From Clostridiales bacterium DTU087 (GTDB lineage: Bacteria; Bacillota; Limnochordia; DTU087), in assembly GCA_001513495.1 (NCBI GenBank), contig LFTN01000135.1:16454-55486 (forward strand): a stretch of 39,033 bases of DNA, given 5' to 3'. Below are positions 1-8,791 of this stretch, piece after piece. Under the pieces are notes generated by a model. The model saw nothing but the letters and a program-made list of their open reading frames with translations, made no database searches and was not told the DNA's origin. The position numbers and the translations under genes are program-made. Position 1 is the first letter of the stretch. Each line of letters opens with the position of its first letter.

Positions 1-954
1 ATGTACGATGGAGCCACAGGCCTGGCAGAAGCAGCACTGATGGCCATCAATATCACCGGCGGCAGCAGGGTGATTGCCTTTGAGAGCATACATCCTGACT
101 ACCGGGCGGTGGTGGAAACCTATCTGAAGGCGGTAGGGGCTGAGCTAGTGGTACTGCCCGCGGGCCGGGGGACAGCTGATCCTGCGGTACTTACCCCATA
201 CTTGGGAAAAGACACTGCGGCTGTGCTGATCCAGCAGCCAAACTTCTTCGGTTTGCTGGAGCCGGTCAACGAGATTGGGGCGCTTCTGGAACAGGCTCCC
301 ACATTATTTGTCGCGTGTGTCAATCCCATCTCCTTGGGAATACTCCAAGCTCCGGCTGCCTATGGAGCCGACATAGCTGTCGGTGACGGTCAGCCCTTAG
401 GAAACCCGCCGGCCTTTGGCGGCCCTAGTTTCGGTTTTATGGCAGCTAGGGAGAAGTATATCAGAAGAATGCCAGGGCGGATTGTGGGTGAGACCCGGGA
501 TGAGAATGGCAGCCGCGGGTTTGTTCTGACGCTCCAGACTAGGGAACAGCATATCCGCAGGCAGAGAGCTACATCAAATATCTGCACCAATGCCGCTCAT
601 TCGTCGTTGATTGGGGCCATTTACCTGGCGCTGCTGGGTAAAGAGGGACTGAAGGAAGTGGCGGTCCAGTGTGCTCAGAAAGCCCATTATACCGCGGAGC
701 AGATTGCTGCACTGCCCGGCTGGGAGCTGCTGTTTGAAGGTCCGTATTATCACGAGTTTGCCGTCAAGGCCCCAGTACCTTGGAGCAAAGTCAATGAAGC
801 TCTCTTGAATGAGGGGATCATCGGAGGGCTGCCCCTGGGCAGAATGTATCCCCACCGCCCAGAGTGGCAAGACGCAATCCTCTTTTGCGTAACGGAAGCT
901 AGGACTGTCGGTGAAATTCAGCACTTAGTTCAGGTGCTAAAGGGGGTAGAGTAA
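1..954 (+). CDS. gcvPA: Glycine dehydrogenase (decarboxylating) subunit 1, 5'-truncated by window edge
   Basis: Motifs [39 protein letters not shown]; TAATG stop/start overlap with gcvPB. Confidence 0.97.
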   Translation: MYDGATGLAEAALMAINITGGSRVIAFESIHPDYRAVVETYLKAVGAELVVLPAGRGTADPAVLTPYLGKDTAAVLIQQPNFFGLLEPVNEIGALLEQAPTLFVACVNPISLGILQAPAAYGADIAVGDGQPLGNPPAFGGPSFGFMAAREKYIRRMPGRIVGETRDENGSRGFVLTLQTREQHIRRQRATSNICTNAAHSSLIGAIYLALLGKEGLKEVAVQCAQKAHYTAEQIAALPGWELLFEGPYYHEFAVKAPVPWSKVNEALLNEGIIGGLPLGRMYPHRPEWQDAILFCVTEARTVGEIQHLVQVLKGVE

Positions 955-2474
955 TGGCCGGCCAGAAGAATTTCCCGCTGTTAATGGAGCTCGGTGCACC
1001 CGGCAGACGAGCTTACCTGCTGCCCGAACTAGACGTGCCCAGCCAAGCCGTAGAGGAGTTGATTCCCAGTGAGCATCTGCGGCCAGAGCCAGCTCCCTTG
1101 CCTGAGCTAAGCGAGCTGGAGGTTGTCCGCCACTACACTGGCTTATCCCGGCGCAACCACGGTGTTGATGTCGGTTTCTATCCGCTGGGGTCATGCACCA
1201 TGAAGTACAACCCTAAAGTCAACGAAGATCTTGCCGCATATCCGGGATTTGCCAGTTTGCATCCCTATCAGCCTGAGGCAACCGTTCAGGGTGCACTCCA
1301 GCTGATGTCGGAGTTGGAGCGGTATCTATGTGAGATTGCTGGACTGGCAAGGGCCACTTTGGCACCGGCGGCCGGTGCCCACGGCGAGCTTACGGGATTG
1401 ATGCTGATTAAGGCCTACCACGAGAATAGAGGAGAGGGGCACCGGGATGAGATCATCATCCCCGACTCCGCTCATGGGACAAATCCTGCCAGTGCCGCCA
1501 TGTGCGGCTACAAAGTGGTGGAGGTAGCTTCCAACCAGCGGGGCAGTGTTTCTGTCGACGCCTTGCGTGAAGTGGTTGGGCCCAAGACAGCCGGCTTGAT
1601 GTTAACCAACCCCAATACCCTCGGGCTGTTTGAAGAGGACATACTGACCATCAGCGAGATGGTCCACAGCGCAGGAGGGCTCTTGTACTTCGATGGTGCC
1701 AATGCCAATGCGATTTTGGGCAAATGCCGGCCGGGGGATATGGGTTTTGATGTGGTTCACTTCAACCTGCACAAGACTTTCTCCACACCCCACGGAGGCG
1801 GTGGTCCTGGATCTGGGCCCATTGCAGTGAGGGATAACTTGGTGCCCTTCTTGCCTATGCCGGTGGTGGAAAAGCGGCAAAGGCTTGCTGATGGAGCCGG
1901 TGCCGGTGAAAACAGCCTTGGGTTTTACCTAGATTATGATCGGCCCCTTTCCATAGGGAAAATCAAAGGCTTTTACGGCAACTTCCTGGTAATGGTGCGG
2001 GCCTATGCCTATATCCTTTCCATGGGGCCAAAGGGATTGAGGCAGGCCAGTGAGGATGCGGTTTTGGCGGCCAATTACCTGATGGCCAAATTGAAGCCGG
2101 CCTATGATCTCCCCTATGACCGTATCTGCAAGCATGAGTTTGTCCTGTCGGCAAAGCGCCAGAAGGCCTATGGGGCAACTGCCAGAGATATCGCCAAGCG
2201 GCTGCTGGATTACGGCATACACGCACCAACCGTGTACTTTCCGCTCATAGTGGAAGAGGCTTTGATGATCGAGCCTACAGAAACTGAAACAAAGGCAGTT
2301 CTTGATGAGTTCATCGAAGTAATGCTGGCTATTGCCAAGGAAGCCGAGGAGTCGCCGGAGCAGCTGCAGACAGCTCCACACAGGACGGTAGTGGGAAGGC
2401 TGGATGAAACTCTGGCAGCTAGACACCCCGTTGTGCGCTGGCGGGGCGAGAATGTCATGGAGGCTAAGGCATAG
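954..2474 (+). CDS. gcvPB: Glycine dehydrogenase (decarboxylating) subunit 2
   Basis: [25 protein letters not shown]-lysine motif [24 protein letters not shown]. Confidence 0.97.
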   Translation: MAGQKNFPLLMELGAPGRRAYLLPELDVPSQAVEELIPSEHLRPEPAPLPELSELEVVRHYTGLSRRNHGVDVGFYPLGSCTMKYNPKVNEDLAAYPGFASLHPYQPEATVQGALQLMSELERYLCEIAGLARATLAPAAGAHGELTGLMLIKAYHENRGEGHRDEIIIPDSAHGTNPASAAMCGYKVVEVASNQRGSVSVDALREVVGPKTAGLMLTNPNTLGLFEEDILTISEMVHSAGGLLYFDGANANAILGKCRPGDMGFDVVHFNLHKTFSTPHGGGGPGSGPIAVRDNLVPFLPMPVVEKRQRLADGAGAGENSLGFYLDYDRPLSIGKIKGFYGNFLVMVRAYAYILSMGPKGLRQASEDAVLAANYLMAKLKPAYDLPYDRICKHEFVLSAKRQKAYGATARDIAKRLLDYGIHAPTVYFPLIVEEALMIEPTETETKAVLDEFIEVMLAIAKEAEESPEQLQTAPHRTVVGRLDETLAARHPVVRWRGENVMEAKA

Positions 2475-2475
2475 G

Positions 2476-3333
2476 ATGAGCAGCAGGCCAAAGGTCATTG
2501 GTTATCTCGGGCCCCAGGGGACATTTTCGGAGCAGGCGGCAAGGCTCTACCAAGCCCGGCTGATGGATGGGCAAGTCCTGCTGCAGCCCTTCTGCAGCAT
2601 CATGGAGCTCATCCTGGCAGCTGATACAGGCAGGATCCATCAAGCAGTAGTGCCGCTGGAGAACTCCTTAGAGGGGCCAGTGGCATTGACCTTGGACATG
2701 CTTGCCCATGAGGTGGATCTTAAGATGGCGGCGGAGATCATCATCTCCGTTCGCCATCATCTATTGGCTCGAAAAGGCACAGTCTTGTCTGATATTGATA
2801 GGGTTGTCTCACATCCCCAGGCTTTGGGGCAGTGCCGTGCCTTTCTCCAGACACGGTTGCCCAGGGCGGCACTGGTTACGGCCAGTTCTACAGCAGAGGC
2901 GGCCAAGGCTGTGGCCGACAGCGGCAGCAAATGGGCAGCCATCGGCAACGCTGCGGCAGCGGCAGTTTACAAACTTGGGATCCTCGCCTCAGATATTCAA
3001 GACAACCGGGCTAATGCCACCCGGTTCTGTGTTCTCGGGAAAGAAGACTGCAGAGAGCCCACCGGGGATGATAAGACTTCCATAGTCTTTTCACCCCGGC
3101 AGAATAGGCCTGGGGTCCTGTATGAGCAGCTGGCGGAATTCGCCGGCCGGGGTCTAGATTTGACCCGGATTGAATCCCGTCCGGCCAAAAGTGTGCTCGG
3201 CGAGTACCTGTTTTTTGTCGATATTGCGGGCCATAAGACTGCTCCCGATACAGCCGCCGCCATTGCAGCAGTTGCTGCCAGCAGCAGTTTCTTCAAAGTC
3301 CTTGGATCATACCCGCGCTGGAAGGAACAATAA
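2476..3333 (+). CDS. pheA: Prephenate dehydratase with C-terminal ACT domain
   Basis: GYLGPQGTFSE, VPLENSLEG, SHPQALGQC, NATRF, LTRIESRP; start placed at ATG 2476, 1 nt after the gcvPB stop, rather than the ORF-track start 2404. Confidence 0.93.
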   Translation: MSSRPKVIGYLGPQGTFSEQAARLYQARLMDGQVLLQPFCSIMELILAADTGRIHQAVVPLENSLEGPVALTLDMLAHEVDLKMAAEIIISVRHHLLARKGTVLSDIDRVVSHPQALGQCRAFLQTRLPRAALVTASSTAEAAKAVADSGSKWAAIGNAAAAAVYKLGILASDIQDNRANATRFCVLGKEDCREPTGDDKTSIVFSPRQNRPGVLYEQLAEFAGRGLDLTRIESRPAKSVLGEYLFFVDIAGHKTAPDTAAAIAAVAASSSFFKVLGSYPRWKEQ

Positions 3334-3354
3334 TTCTACTTGGAGGGGATAGGA

Positions 3355-4248
3355 TTGCTCGACGGCACCACCGTTGGAAACACCGTTGCCAACTTGCCGG
3401 GTATCTTGAGGGCCCTGTTCGCTATTGTTGTGATTGTGGTCATCACCAGAGTCGCTGTCAGGGTCGCCAGTTATGTAATTACCAAGTTCTTCGAGCGGGA
3501 GGCAGCTAGAGGCAAGCACGGGGACCCCAAGCGCCTGCAGACCCTGATGAACATACTAAACAGCGCTGTTCGCTACGTGGTTTACTTTGTCGGCGCTGTA
3601 ACAGTCCTTGAAAGACTAGGGGTGCCCACTGGCTCGATAGTTGCTACTGCAGGGATTGGCGGTTTGGCCATAGGTTTCGGTGCCCAGAACTTAGTCCGAG
3701 ATGTGATTACCGGCTTTTTCATCCTAATGGAAAATCAGTACTCCGTCGGTGATTATGTGCAGATCGGAGATGTGACCGGGGTCGTAGAGGAACTGGGGAT
3801 GAGAGTCACTAAGCTCAGGGATAAGAGCGGAGCACTGCACATTATTCCCAATGGACTGATCGAGCAGGTGACCAACAACATGGGTCCGGCAATGCGGGTC
3901 TTGTTCAATGTCCTTGTCTCCCATGATGAGGACTTGGACAAGGTGCTCGCGATCATAGAAGGGCTTTTCCAGGAACTGCGGCAGTCGGGGATGCCCGGTG
4001 TAGTGGAAGGCCCCACCCTGCTTGGCATCAACGATATAACAGACACCGGCGTTCTCATCGGGGTTCTAGCCTATGCCGAAGCTATGGAGCAGTGGGGTGC
4101 GGAAAGGGCTATTCGGGGAGCGATACTCAAGAGATTTGCCGAGGAAGGCATCACATCGCCTTATCCCCGTCAGTATGTAGTTGTTCGCCAAACCCATGGC
4201 TCAAGCGGGCCTTCCGCTGCGGAAGAGCAGGCTGTCCGGGAAGCATAA
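3355..4248 (+). CDS. mscS: Small-conductance mechanosensitive channel family protein (YkuT-like)
   Basis: [40 protein letters not shown]; TTG start 8 nt after GGAGG at 3342-3346. Confidence 0.9.
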   Translation: MLDGTTVGNTVANLPGILRALFAIVVIVVITRVAVRVASYVITKFFEREAARGKHGDPKRLQTLMNILNSAVRYVVYFVGAVTVLERLGVPTGSIVATAGIGGLAIGFGAQNLVRDVITGFFILMENQYSVGDYVQIGDVTGVVEELGMRVTKLRDKSGALHIIPNGLIEQVTNNMGPAMRVLFNVLVSHDEDLDKVLAIIEGLFQELRQSGMPGVVEGPTLLGINDITDTGVLIGVLAYAEAMEQWGAERAIRGAILKRFAEEGITSPYPRQYVVVRQTHGSSGPSAAEEQAVREA

Positions 4249-4318
4249 GGCTAGTTTAGCTGCTGGTTTTCGGCAGGCTGGGAAGAACTTGATGACGATC
4301 AAGAGGAGGGAAGCGCCA

Positions 4319-4510
4319 ATGCTGCCTGTGTATCGGTTGGGAGATGTTGTTCAAATGAGAAAAGAGCATGCCTGCGGCGGCGATCTGTGGGAGGTCATGC
4401 GGATCGGCATGGATTTTCGCATCAAATGCCTGCAGTGCGGCAGAGTGGTTATGCTTCCCCGGAGGAAATTTGAGCGGGCAGTAAAAAGGGTAGTGAGGGA
4501 GGAGCCGTGA
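4319..4510 (+). CDS. DUF951 family protein (YyzM-like)
   Basis: [14 protein letters not shown]...[29 protein letters not shown]; AGGAGG RBS; usual position upstream of ychF. Confidence 0.88.
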   Translation: MLPVYRLGDVVQMRKEHACGGDLWEVMRIGMDFRIKCLQCGRVVMLPRRKFERAVKRVVREEP

Positions 4511-4600
4511 AACCTGTGGGGCCGTGCGGGTCTTTCGGGAACCTCTGAAAGCTCGGTAAGCGGCACCTCTGTTCGATGGTGAAGGAAAGGGGTAGTGAAT

Positions 4601-5719
4601 ATGTATTCAATGGGTATAATCGGTCTTCCCAATGTGGGCAAGTCTACACTCTTCAATGCTTTGACCCAAGCTGCTGCGGCGGCAGCCAATTATCCTTTCT
4701 GCACCATCGAACCTAACATAGGGATCGTGCCCATACCAGATGAACGCTTGCAGCAGATCGGAGAAGTCGTCCAACCTGAGAAGCTCACACCAGCGGTTAT
4801 TCAGTTTATCGATATCGCCGGCCTAGTCAGAGGCGCCAGCCGGGGGGAGGGCTTGGGCAATCAGTTCCTTGCCCATGTCCGGGAAGTTGACGCGCTGGTA
4901 CATGTCATTCGGTGTTTTGTAGATGAGAACGTCAGTCACGTGGAAGGGGACTTGGAGCCTCTCCGGGACCGTGACATTGTTGAAACGGAGCTGCTCCTTG
5001 CCGATCTTCAGACTCTGGAAAAGCGGCAGGAGAGGGTTTCGCGCTACCTGAAAACCGGTGAGGACAAGTATAAAGCCGAATTGCAGCTAGTCCAGCGCTT
5101 GGTTGAGCACATCAGTCAAGGGCTTCCTGCCCGCACGCTGCCGGTGAAAGAAGATGAAGGCTCACTGCTTCAGGAGTACCGGCTGCTGACTTCGCTGCCG
5201 GTGCTCTACTGTGCCAATGTCAGTGGAGATGACCTGCCTGAGATCATAGAAGGCGGTGACGGCGGCTCCTCAGGGCGCCACTACCGGGAACTGGAAAGAG
5301 CAGCCCGGGAGGCAGGGGCTGCCTGTGTAGCCGTTGCTGCCCAATTGGAAGCGGAGCTACAGGAACTGGAGGCGGGGGAACGCCGGGAGTTCTTGGCAGA
5401 GCTGGGCATACCGGATTCCGGCCTGGACCGGTTGGTCAGGGCAGCGTATCAGCAGCTGGATCTGGTGACTTTTTATACCATCAAGGGGCCAGAAACCAGG
5501 GCCTGGATCATACCCCGGGGGACAAAGGTTCCCCAAGCAGCCGGCAAGATCCACAGTGACATGGAGCGGGGCTTCATCCGGGCTGAAGTTCTCTCTGCAG
5601 AAGAACTGATTGAAGCAGGGTCTTTTTCCCGGGCCAGAGAAATTGGAATACTGCGTTCTGAAGGCAAGGATTACGAGGTGCAGGATGGAGATGTCATGCT
5701 GATCCGGTTTAATGTCTAG
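4601..5719 (+). CDS. ychF: Ribosome-binding ATPase YchF
   Basis: GIIGLPNVGKSTLFN, ANYPFCTIEPN, DIAGLVRGASRGEGLGNQFL, C-terminal TGS domain; alternative start GTG 4595. Confidence 0.97.
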   Translation: MYSMGIIGLPNVGKSTLFNALTQAAAAAANYPFCTIEPNIGIVPIPDERLQQIGEVVQPEKLTPAVIQFIDIAGLVRGASRGEGLGNQFLAHVREVDALVHVIRCFVDENVSHVEGDLEPLRDRDIVETELLLADLQTLEKRQERVSRYLKTGEDKYKAELQLVQRLVEHISQGLPARTLPVKEDEGSLLQEYRLLTSLPVLYCANVSGDDLPEIIEGGDGGSSGRHYRELERAAREAGAACVAVAAQLEAELQELEAGERREFLAELGIPDSGLDRLVRAAYQQLDLVTFYTIKGPETRAWIIPRGTKVPQAAGKIHSDMERGFIRAEVLSAEELIEAGSFSRAREIGILRSEGKDYEVQDGDVMLIRFNV

Positions 5720-5779
5720 ACAGGTTTTCAGAGCCGGCCCTGTGTCAGAGGTAATTGCAAATCTTCAAACCCAGCCATG

Positions 5780-5808
5780 TTGCATGGGTGGGTTGTCAAT
5801 GGTATAAT
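5780..5808 (+). promoter_or_regulatory. sigmaA promoter of the rpsF-ssb-rpsR operon
   Basis: TTGCAT (5780-5785), 17 bp, TATAAT (5803-5808), extended -10 TG. Confidence 0.85.
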
Positions 5809-5819
5809 TACCATGGTCA

Positions 5820-5866
5820 TCCCTGCTCCAGGTGCGTCCTGGGGCCATGTCCATAGGGAGGAGGTG
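5820..5866 (+). ncRNA. S6:S18-binding ribosomal leader (cis-regulatory RNA)
   Basis: Inner hairpin CTCCAGG/CCTGGGG (5826-5844) followed by CCA (CCR motif); outer stem TCCCT/AGGGA running into the RBS; directly upstream of rpsF. Confidence 0.75.
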
Positions 5867-5871
5867 GAGCT

Positions 5872-6162
5872 ATGGTGAGACCATACGAGATTATGCTCGT
5901 CTTGCAGCCCGGTCTTGAGGAAGAAGGCGTTGATGCTTTGTTGGAGCGCCTGATGGGTGTTGTTACCGGTGAAGGCGGCACCATCGACAATGTGGATCGA
6001 TGGGGCAAGAGACGGACGGCTTACGAGCTTCAGGGGTTCACCGAAGGCTTCTATGTGGTGATTGATTTTCAAGCGGAGCCCGCTACAGCCAGTGAGTTGG
6101 AGCGGATCGTGAAGCTCTCCGATGAGATCATTCGCCATCTGCTGGTACGCAGAGACAATTAA
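5872..6162 (+). CDS. rpsF: 30S ribosomal protein S6
   Basis: RPYEIMLVL...WGKRRTAYEL...IIRHLLVR; strong RBS; synteny with ssb-rpsR. Confidence 0.97.
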   Translation: MVRPYEIMLVLQPGLEEEGVDALLERLMGVVTGEGGTIDNVDRWGKRRTAYELQGFTEGFYVVIDFQAEPATASELERIVKLSDEIIRHLLVRRDN

Positions 6163-6220
6163 GCGGCAACTCACGGCTAAGTTACAGCTCCGTTCCGCAC
6201 AGCGATAAGGAGGAGCATCT

Positions 6221-6619
6221 ATGCTTAATCGAGTGATATTGATCGGCCGCTTGACAGCCGACCCCGAACTGCGATATACCCAAAACGGCACCGCGGTTAC
6301 CAATTTTCGCTTAGCCGTAGAACGAGGATATACCAATCAGAGCGGACAAAGGGAAGTTGACTTTATCCCCATAGTTGTTTGGGATAAGCAAGCAGAAACC
6401 TGTGCCAATTACCTAAACAAGGGACGTCTGGTAGCAGTAGATGGCCGGCTGCAGGTACGTTCCTATGATGCGCAGGACGGGTCCCGGCGGTGGGTGACCG
6501 AAGTAGTTGCCCAGGATGTGAGATTCCTCGATTGGGGAAGACAATCTGATCAAGAAAGTGACAATCCGCAGGGAACAGACCAGTCGGATGATTTCTTTAT
6601 TGAGGATGTGCCCTTCTGA
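6221..6619 (+). CDS. ssb: Single-stranded DNA-binding protein
   Basis: MLNRVILIGRLTADPELRYT; acidic tail ending EDVPF. Confidence 0.97.
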   Translation: MLNRVILIGRLTADPELRYTQNGTAVTNFRLAVERGYTNQSGQREVDFIPIVVWDKQAETCANYLNKGRLVAVDGRLQVRSYDAQDGSRRWVTEVVAQDVRFLDWGRQSDQESDNPQGTDQSDDFFIEDVPF

Positions 6620-6634
6620 TAAGGAGTGAGACAT

Positions 6635-6871
6635 GTGGTTAGGGATCGAAGAAGGGGGCGTAGAGGCAGGCGCAGAGTCTGCAGCTTCTGCGTTGACAAG
6701 GTAGAACATGTCGATTACAAAGAAGCTGGCCGGTTGCGCCGTTATCTTTCGGAGCGAGGAAAGATATTGCCTCGGCGGATCAACGGTAACTGTGCACGCC
6801 ATCAGAGGCAGTTGACTGTTGCCATTAAGCGTGCCCGTCAGGTTGCACTGCTTCCATACACAGCAGAGTAA
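6635..6871 (+). CDS. rpsR: 30S ribosomal protein S18 (Zn-binding C+ form)
   Basis: CSFC...DYK...[20 protein letters not shown]...AIKRAR; GTG start 8 nt after AAGGAG. Confidence 0.97.
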   Translation: MVRDRRRGRRGRRRVCSFCVDKVEHVDYKEAGRLRRYLSERGKILPRRINGNCARHQRQLTVAIKRARQVALLPYTAE

Positions 6872-6895
6872 CCACAACTGAATTCTAGACATAGC

Positions 6896-6928
6896 AAAGG
6901 GTTAACTGCTTGGCGGTTAGCCCTTTTT
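6896..6928 (+). terminator. Rho-independent terminator after rpsR
   Basis: AAAGGGTTAACTGC-TTG-GCGGTTAGCCCTTT stem (with G-U pairs) ending in a T run. Confidence 0.8.
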
Positions 6929-6999
6929 CACACATTTTGAAAGACTGTACAGCGGCGGAACCGGGTGTGGGGACAAATTTTTGCCAGGAGGTGTGAGGC

Positions 7000-7317
7000 A
7001 TGCCTATGCCGAAATCCGATATCGGCATTGCCCGCAATATCAAGACCATTGAATGGCTGAAGGCCGAGTTGGTCTCCGGGGTAGCCACGTTTTTCCGGGG
7101 TCTAGTCAGAAACACAGAAGATATGATGATTGATGGCTTAGCCAATATAGTGATCACGTGCTTCATCCTGGGAAACCGGCTGGGATTTAGTTTTTCTAGA
7201 TTGGATGTAAAGATCGAGAACAAGATCAAAGCCAATATTGAGCAAGATCACGAAATAGAGCAGTGGTACGGTGATTTTTCTGCTCTGCTGCGGTACCTAC
7301 AAGACAATAAGAGGTGA
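7000..7317 (+). CDS. MazG-like family protein
   Basis: IARNIKTIEWLKAEL...EIEQWYGD pattern; position between rpsR and yybS as in many clostridia; AGGAGGT RBS. Confidence 0.75.
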   Translation: MPMPKSDIGIARNIKTIEWLKAELVSGVATFFRGLVRNTEDMMIDGLANIVITCFILGNRLGFSFSRLDVKIENKIKANIEQDHEIEQWYGDFSALLRYLQDNKR

Positions 7318-7322
7318 AGAGG

Positions 7323-8273
7323 ATGCGACAACCAAATAGCACCAGGTCTCTAACAGAGGGGGCCATGCTGGCGGCCATCACTGTCCTGCTCTCTCTTCTG
7401 GGTGCCTATTTCTTGCCTTATCTTTTTTTTATTACGCCTGTACCGCTGATCATTCTTGTCTATCGCCATGGCATGAGGCCGGGGATCTTGGTGGCTGTAA
7501 CTTCAGCACTGCTGGGCGGCATAGTGCTCAGCACCTTGCCGACTATGATTTTCCTGCTGATTCTGGGCCTAGTCGGCCTAGCCATGGGAGAAGCCCTGCG
7601 GGAAGGCTTTTCACCGGGTAAGATTATGTTGATAGGCAGCGCCACATCGATAGCAGCCATGGTGCTAATGGTTTTGGTAACGTCATTTTTGCTGGATTAT
7701 AATGTGCTGGAAAGTACGATAGAACTCATGGAGCGCTCTCTGCAGCAAAGCATGAGCATCTACGACAGGCTGGGCATAGAGACTAATCCGCTGCTAAATG
7801 AAGATTTTCTGGGAGAGTTTATGCGGATGCTGCGGCTGGCTTTTCCAGCGGCGATACTGACTACCGCTGTCATTATGAGCTTCGTCAATTATTGGCTGGC
7901 CCATCTAATCTTGCGGAGGTTAGGCGTGAAGCTGCCGTGGCTGCGTCCATTTCGCTTCTGGCGGTTTCCCTGGTATTTTGCCTGGGGCTATATCCTGGGA
8001 CAGGGTCTGCCGCTGCTCACCCGAGGGACAGGCGATGGCAGTATATGGTTTGCCCTGGGGCTTAACCTGCAGATCCTTTTCAATTATATCTTCCTGCTGC
8101 AGGGGCTTTCTATCCTCTGGTTTTTCCTGGATAGAGCTAATGTCGCCAAAGCCATCCGCTGGCTGATTGTTTTTTTCATGTTCAACCCCTTGTTTATGAC
8201 CCTGATTGTCTGGGCAGGTGTCTTGGATACTTGGTTTGACTTCCGGAAACTCGGACAGGACGAAGCCGTGTAA
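7323..8273 (+). CDS. yybS: YybS / DUF2232 family membrane protein
   Basis: TRSLTEGAMLAAI start, many hydrophobic helices, C-terminal GVLDTWFDFRK; lies between rpsR and rplI; alternative start GTG 7314. Confidence 0.85.
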   Translation: MRQPNSTRSLTEGAMLAAITVLLSLLGAYFLPYLFFITPVPLIILVYRHGMRPGILVAVTSALLGGIVLSTLPTMIFLLILGLVGLAMGEALREGFSPGKIMLIGSATSIAAMVLMVLVTSFLLDYNVLESTIELMERSLQQSMSIYDRLGIETNPLLNEDFLGEFMRMLRLAFPAAILTTAVIMSFVNYWLAHLILRRLGVKLPWLRPFRFWRFPWYFAWGYILGQGLPLLTRGTGDGSIWFALGLNLQILFNYIFLLQGLSILWFFLDRANVAKAIRWLIVFFMFNPLFMTLIVWAGVLDTWFDFRKLGQDEAV

Positions 8274-8297
8274 TTATGCTGCTAAGGAGGGAGCTGC

Positions 8298-8747
8298 ATG
8301 GAGGTTATCTTGAAGCAGGATGTAAAGAGCCTTGGAAAACAGGGCGATAGGGTAAAGGTGGCAGAGGGCTATGCCCGCAATTTCCTAATTCCCAGAGGGC
8401 TGGCAGTGGAAGCCACCAAGGGCAACATTAAAAGCCTGCAGCATCAGAAGAAATTGGACCAGGAGCGGGCATCCCGGGAAAGGGCAGAAGCTGAGAAGAT
8501 GAAAGCTGTCCTGGATGATCTGGACCTGGTGATCCGGGCCCGCTCGGGAGAAGGCGGCCGGCTGTTTGGTTCAGTGACCAGCGGCGATTTAGCGGACGCA
8601 ATCAAAAAAGCGGCTGGTATCGAAGTTGACAAACGGAAGCTGGAATTGGAAGAGCCCATTAAAGCCGTAGGCAGTTACAGTGTTAAGGTAAAGCTCCTGC
8701 CTGGGGTGACAGCTAATCTAGGTGTTAAGGTAGAATCGTCTGAGTAG
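8298..8747 (+). CDS. rplI: 50S ribosomal protein L9
   Basis: MEVILKQDVKSLGKQG...VAEGYARNFLIP, GRLFGSVT. Confidence 0.97.
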   Translation: MEVILKQDVKSLGKQGDRVKVAEGYARNFLIPRGLAVEATKGNIKSLQHQKKLDQERASRERAEAEKMKAVLDDLDLVIRARSGEGGRLFGSVTSGDLADAIKKAAGIEVDKRKLELEEPIKAVGSYSVKVKLLPGVTANLGVKVESSE

Positions 8748-8791
8748 CTAATGTAGTTAATCCTTCCGGTATTGAAAGGGGAAGCTCCAGC

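Noticed and set aside
5728-6892. Long antisense ORFs (202 aa, 159 aa) and the many similar shadow ORFs across the window
   Set aside because: They overlap well-supported + strand genes, lack RBS and motifs, and are expected at this GC content
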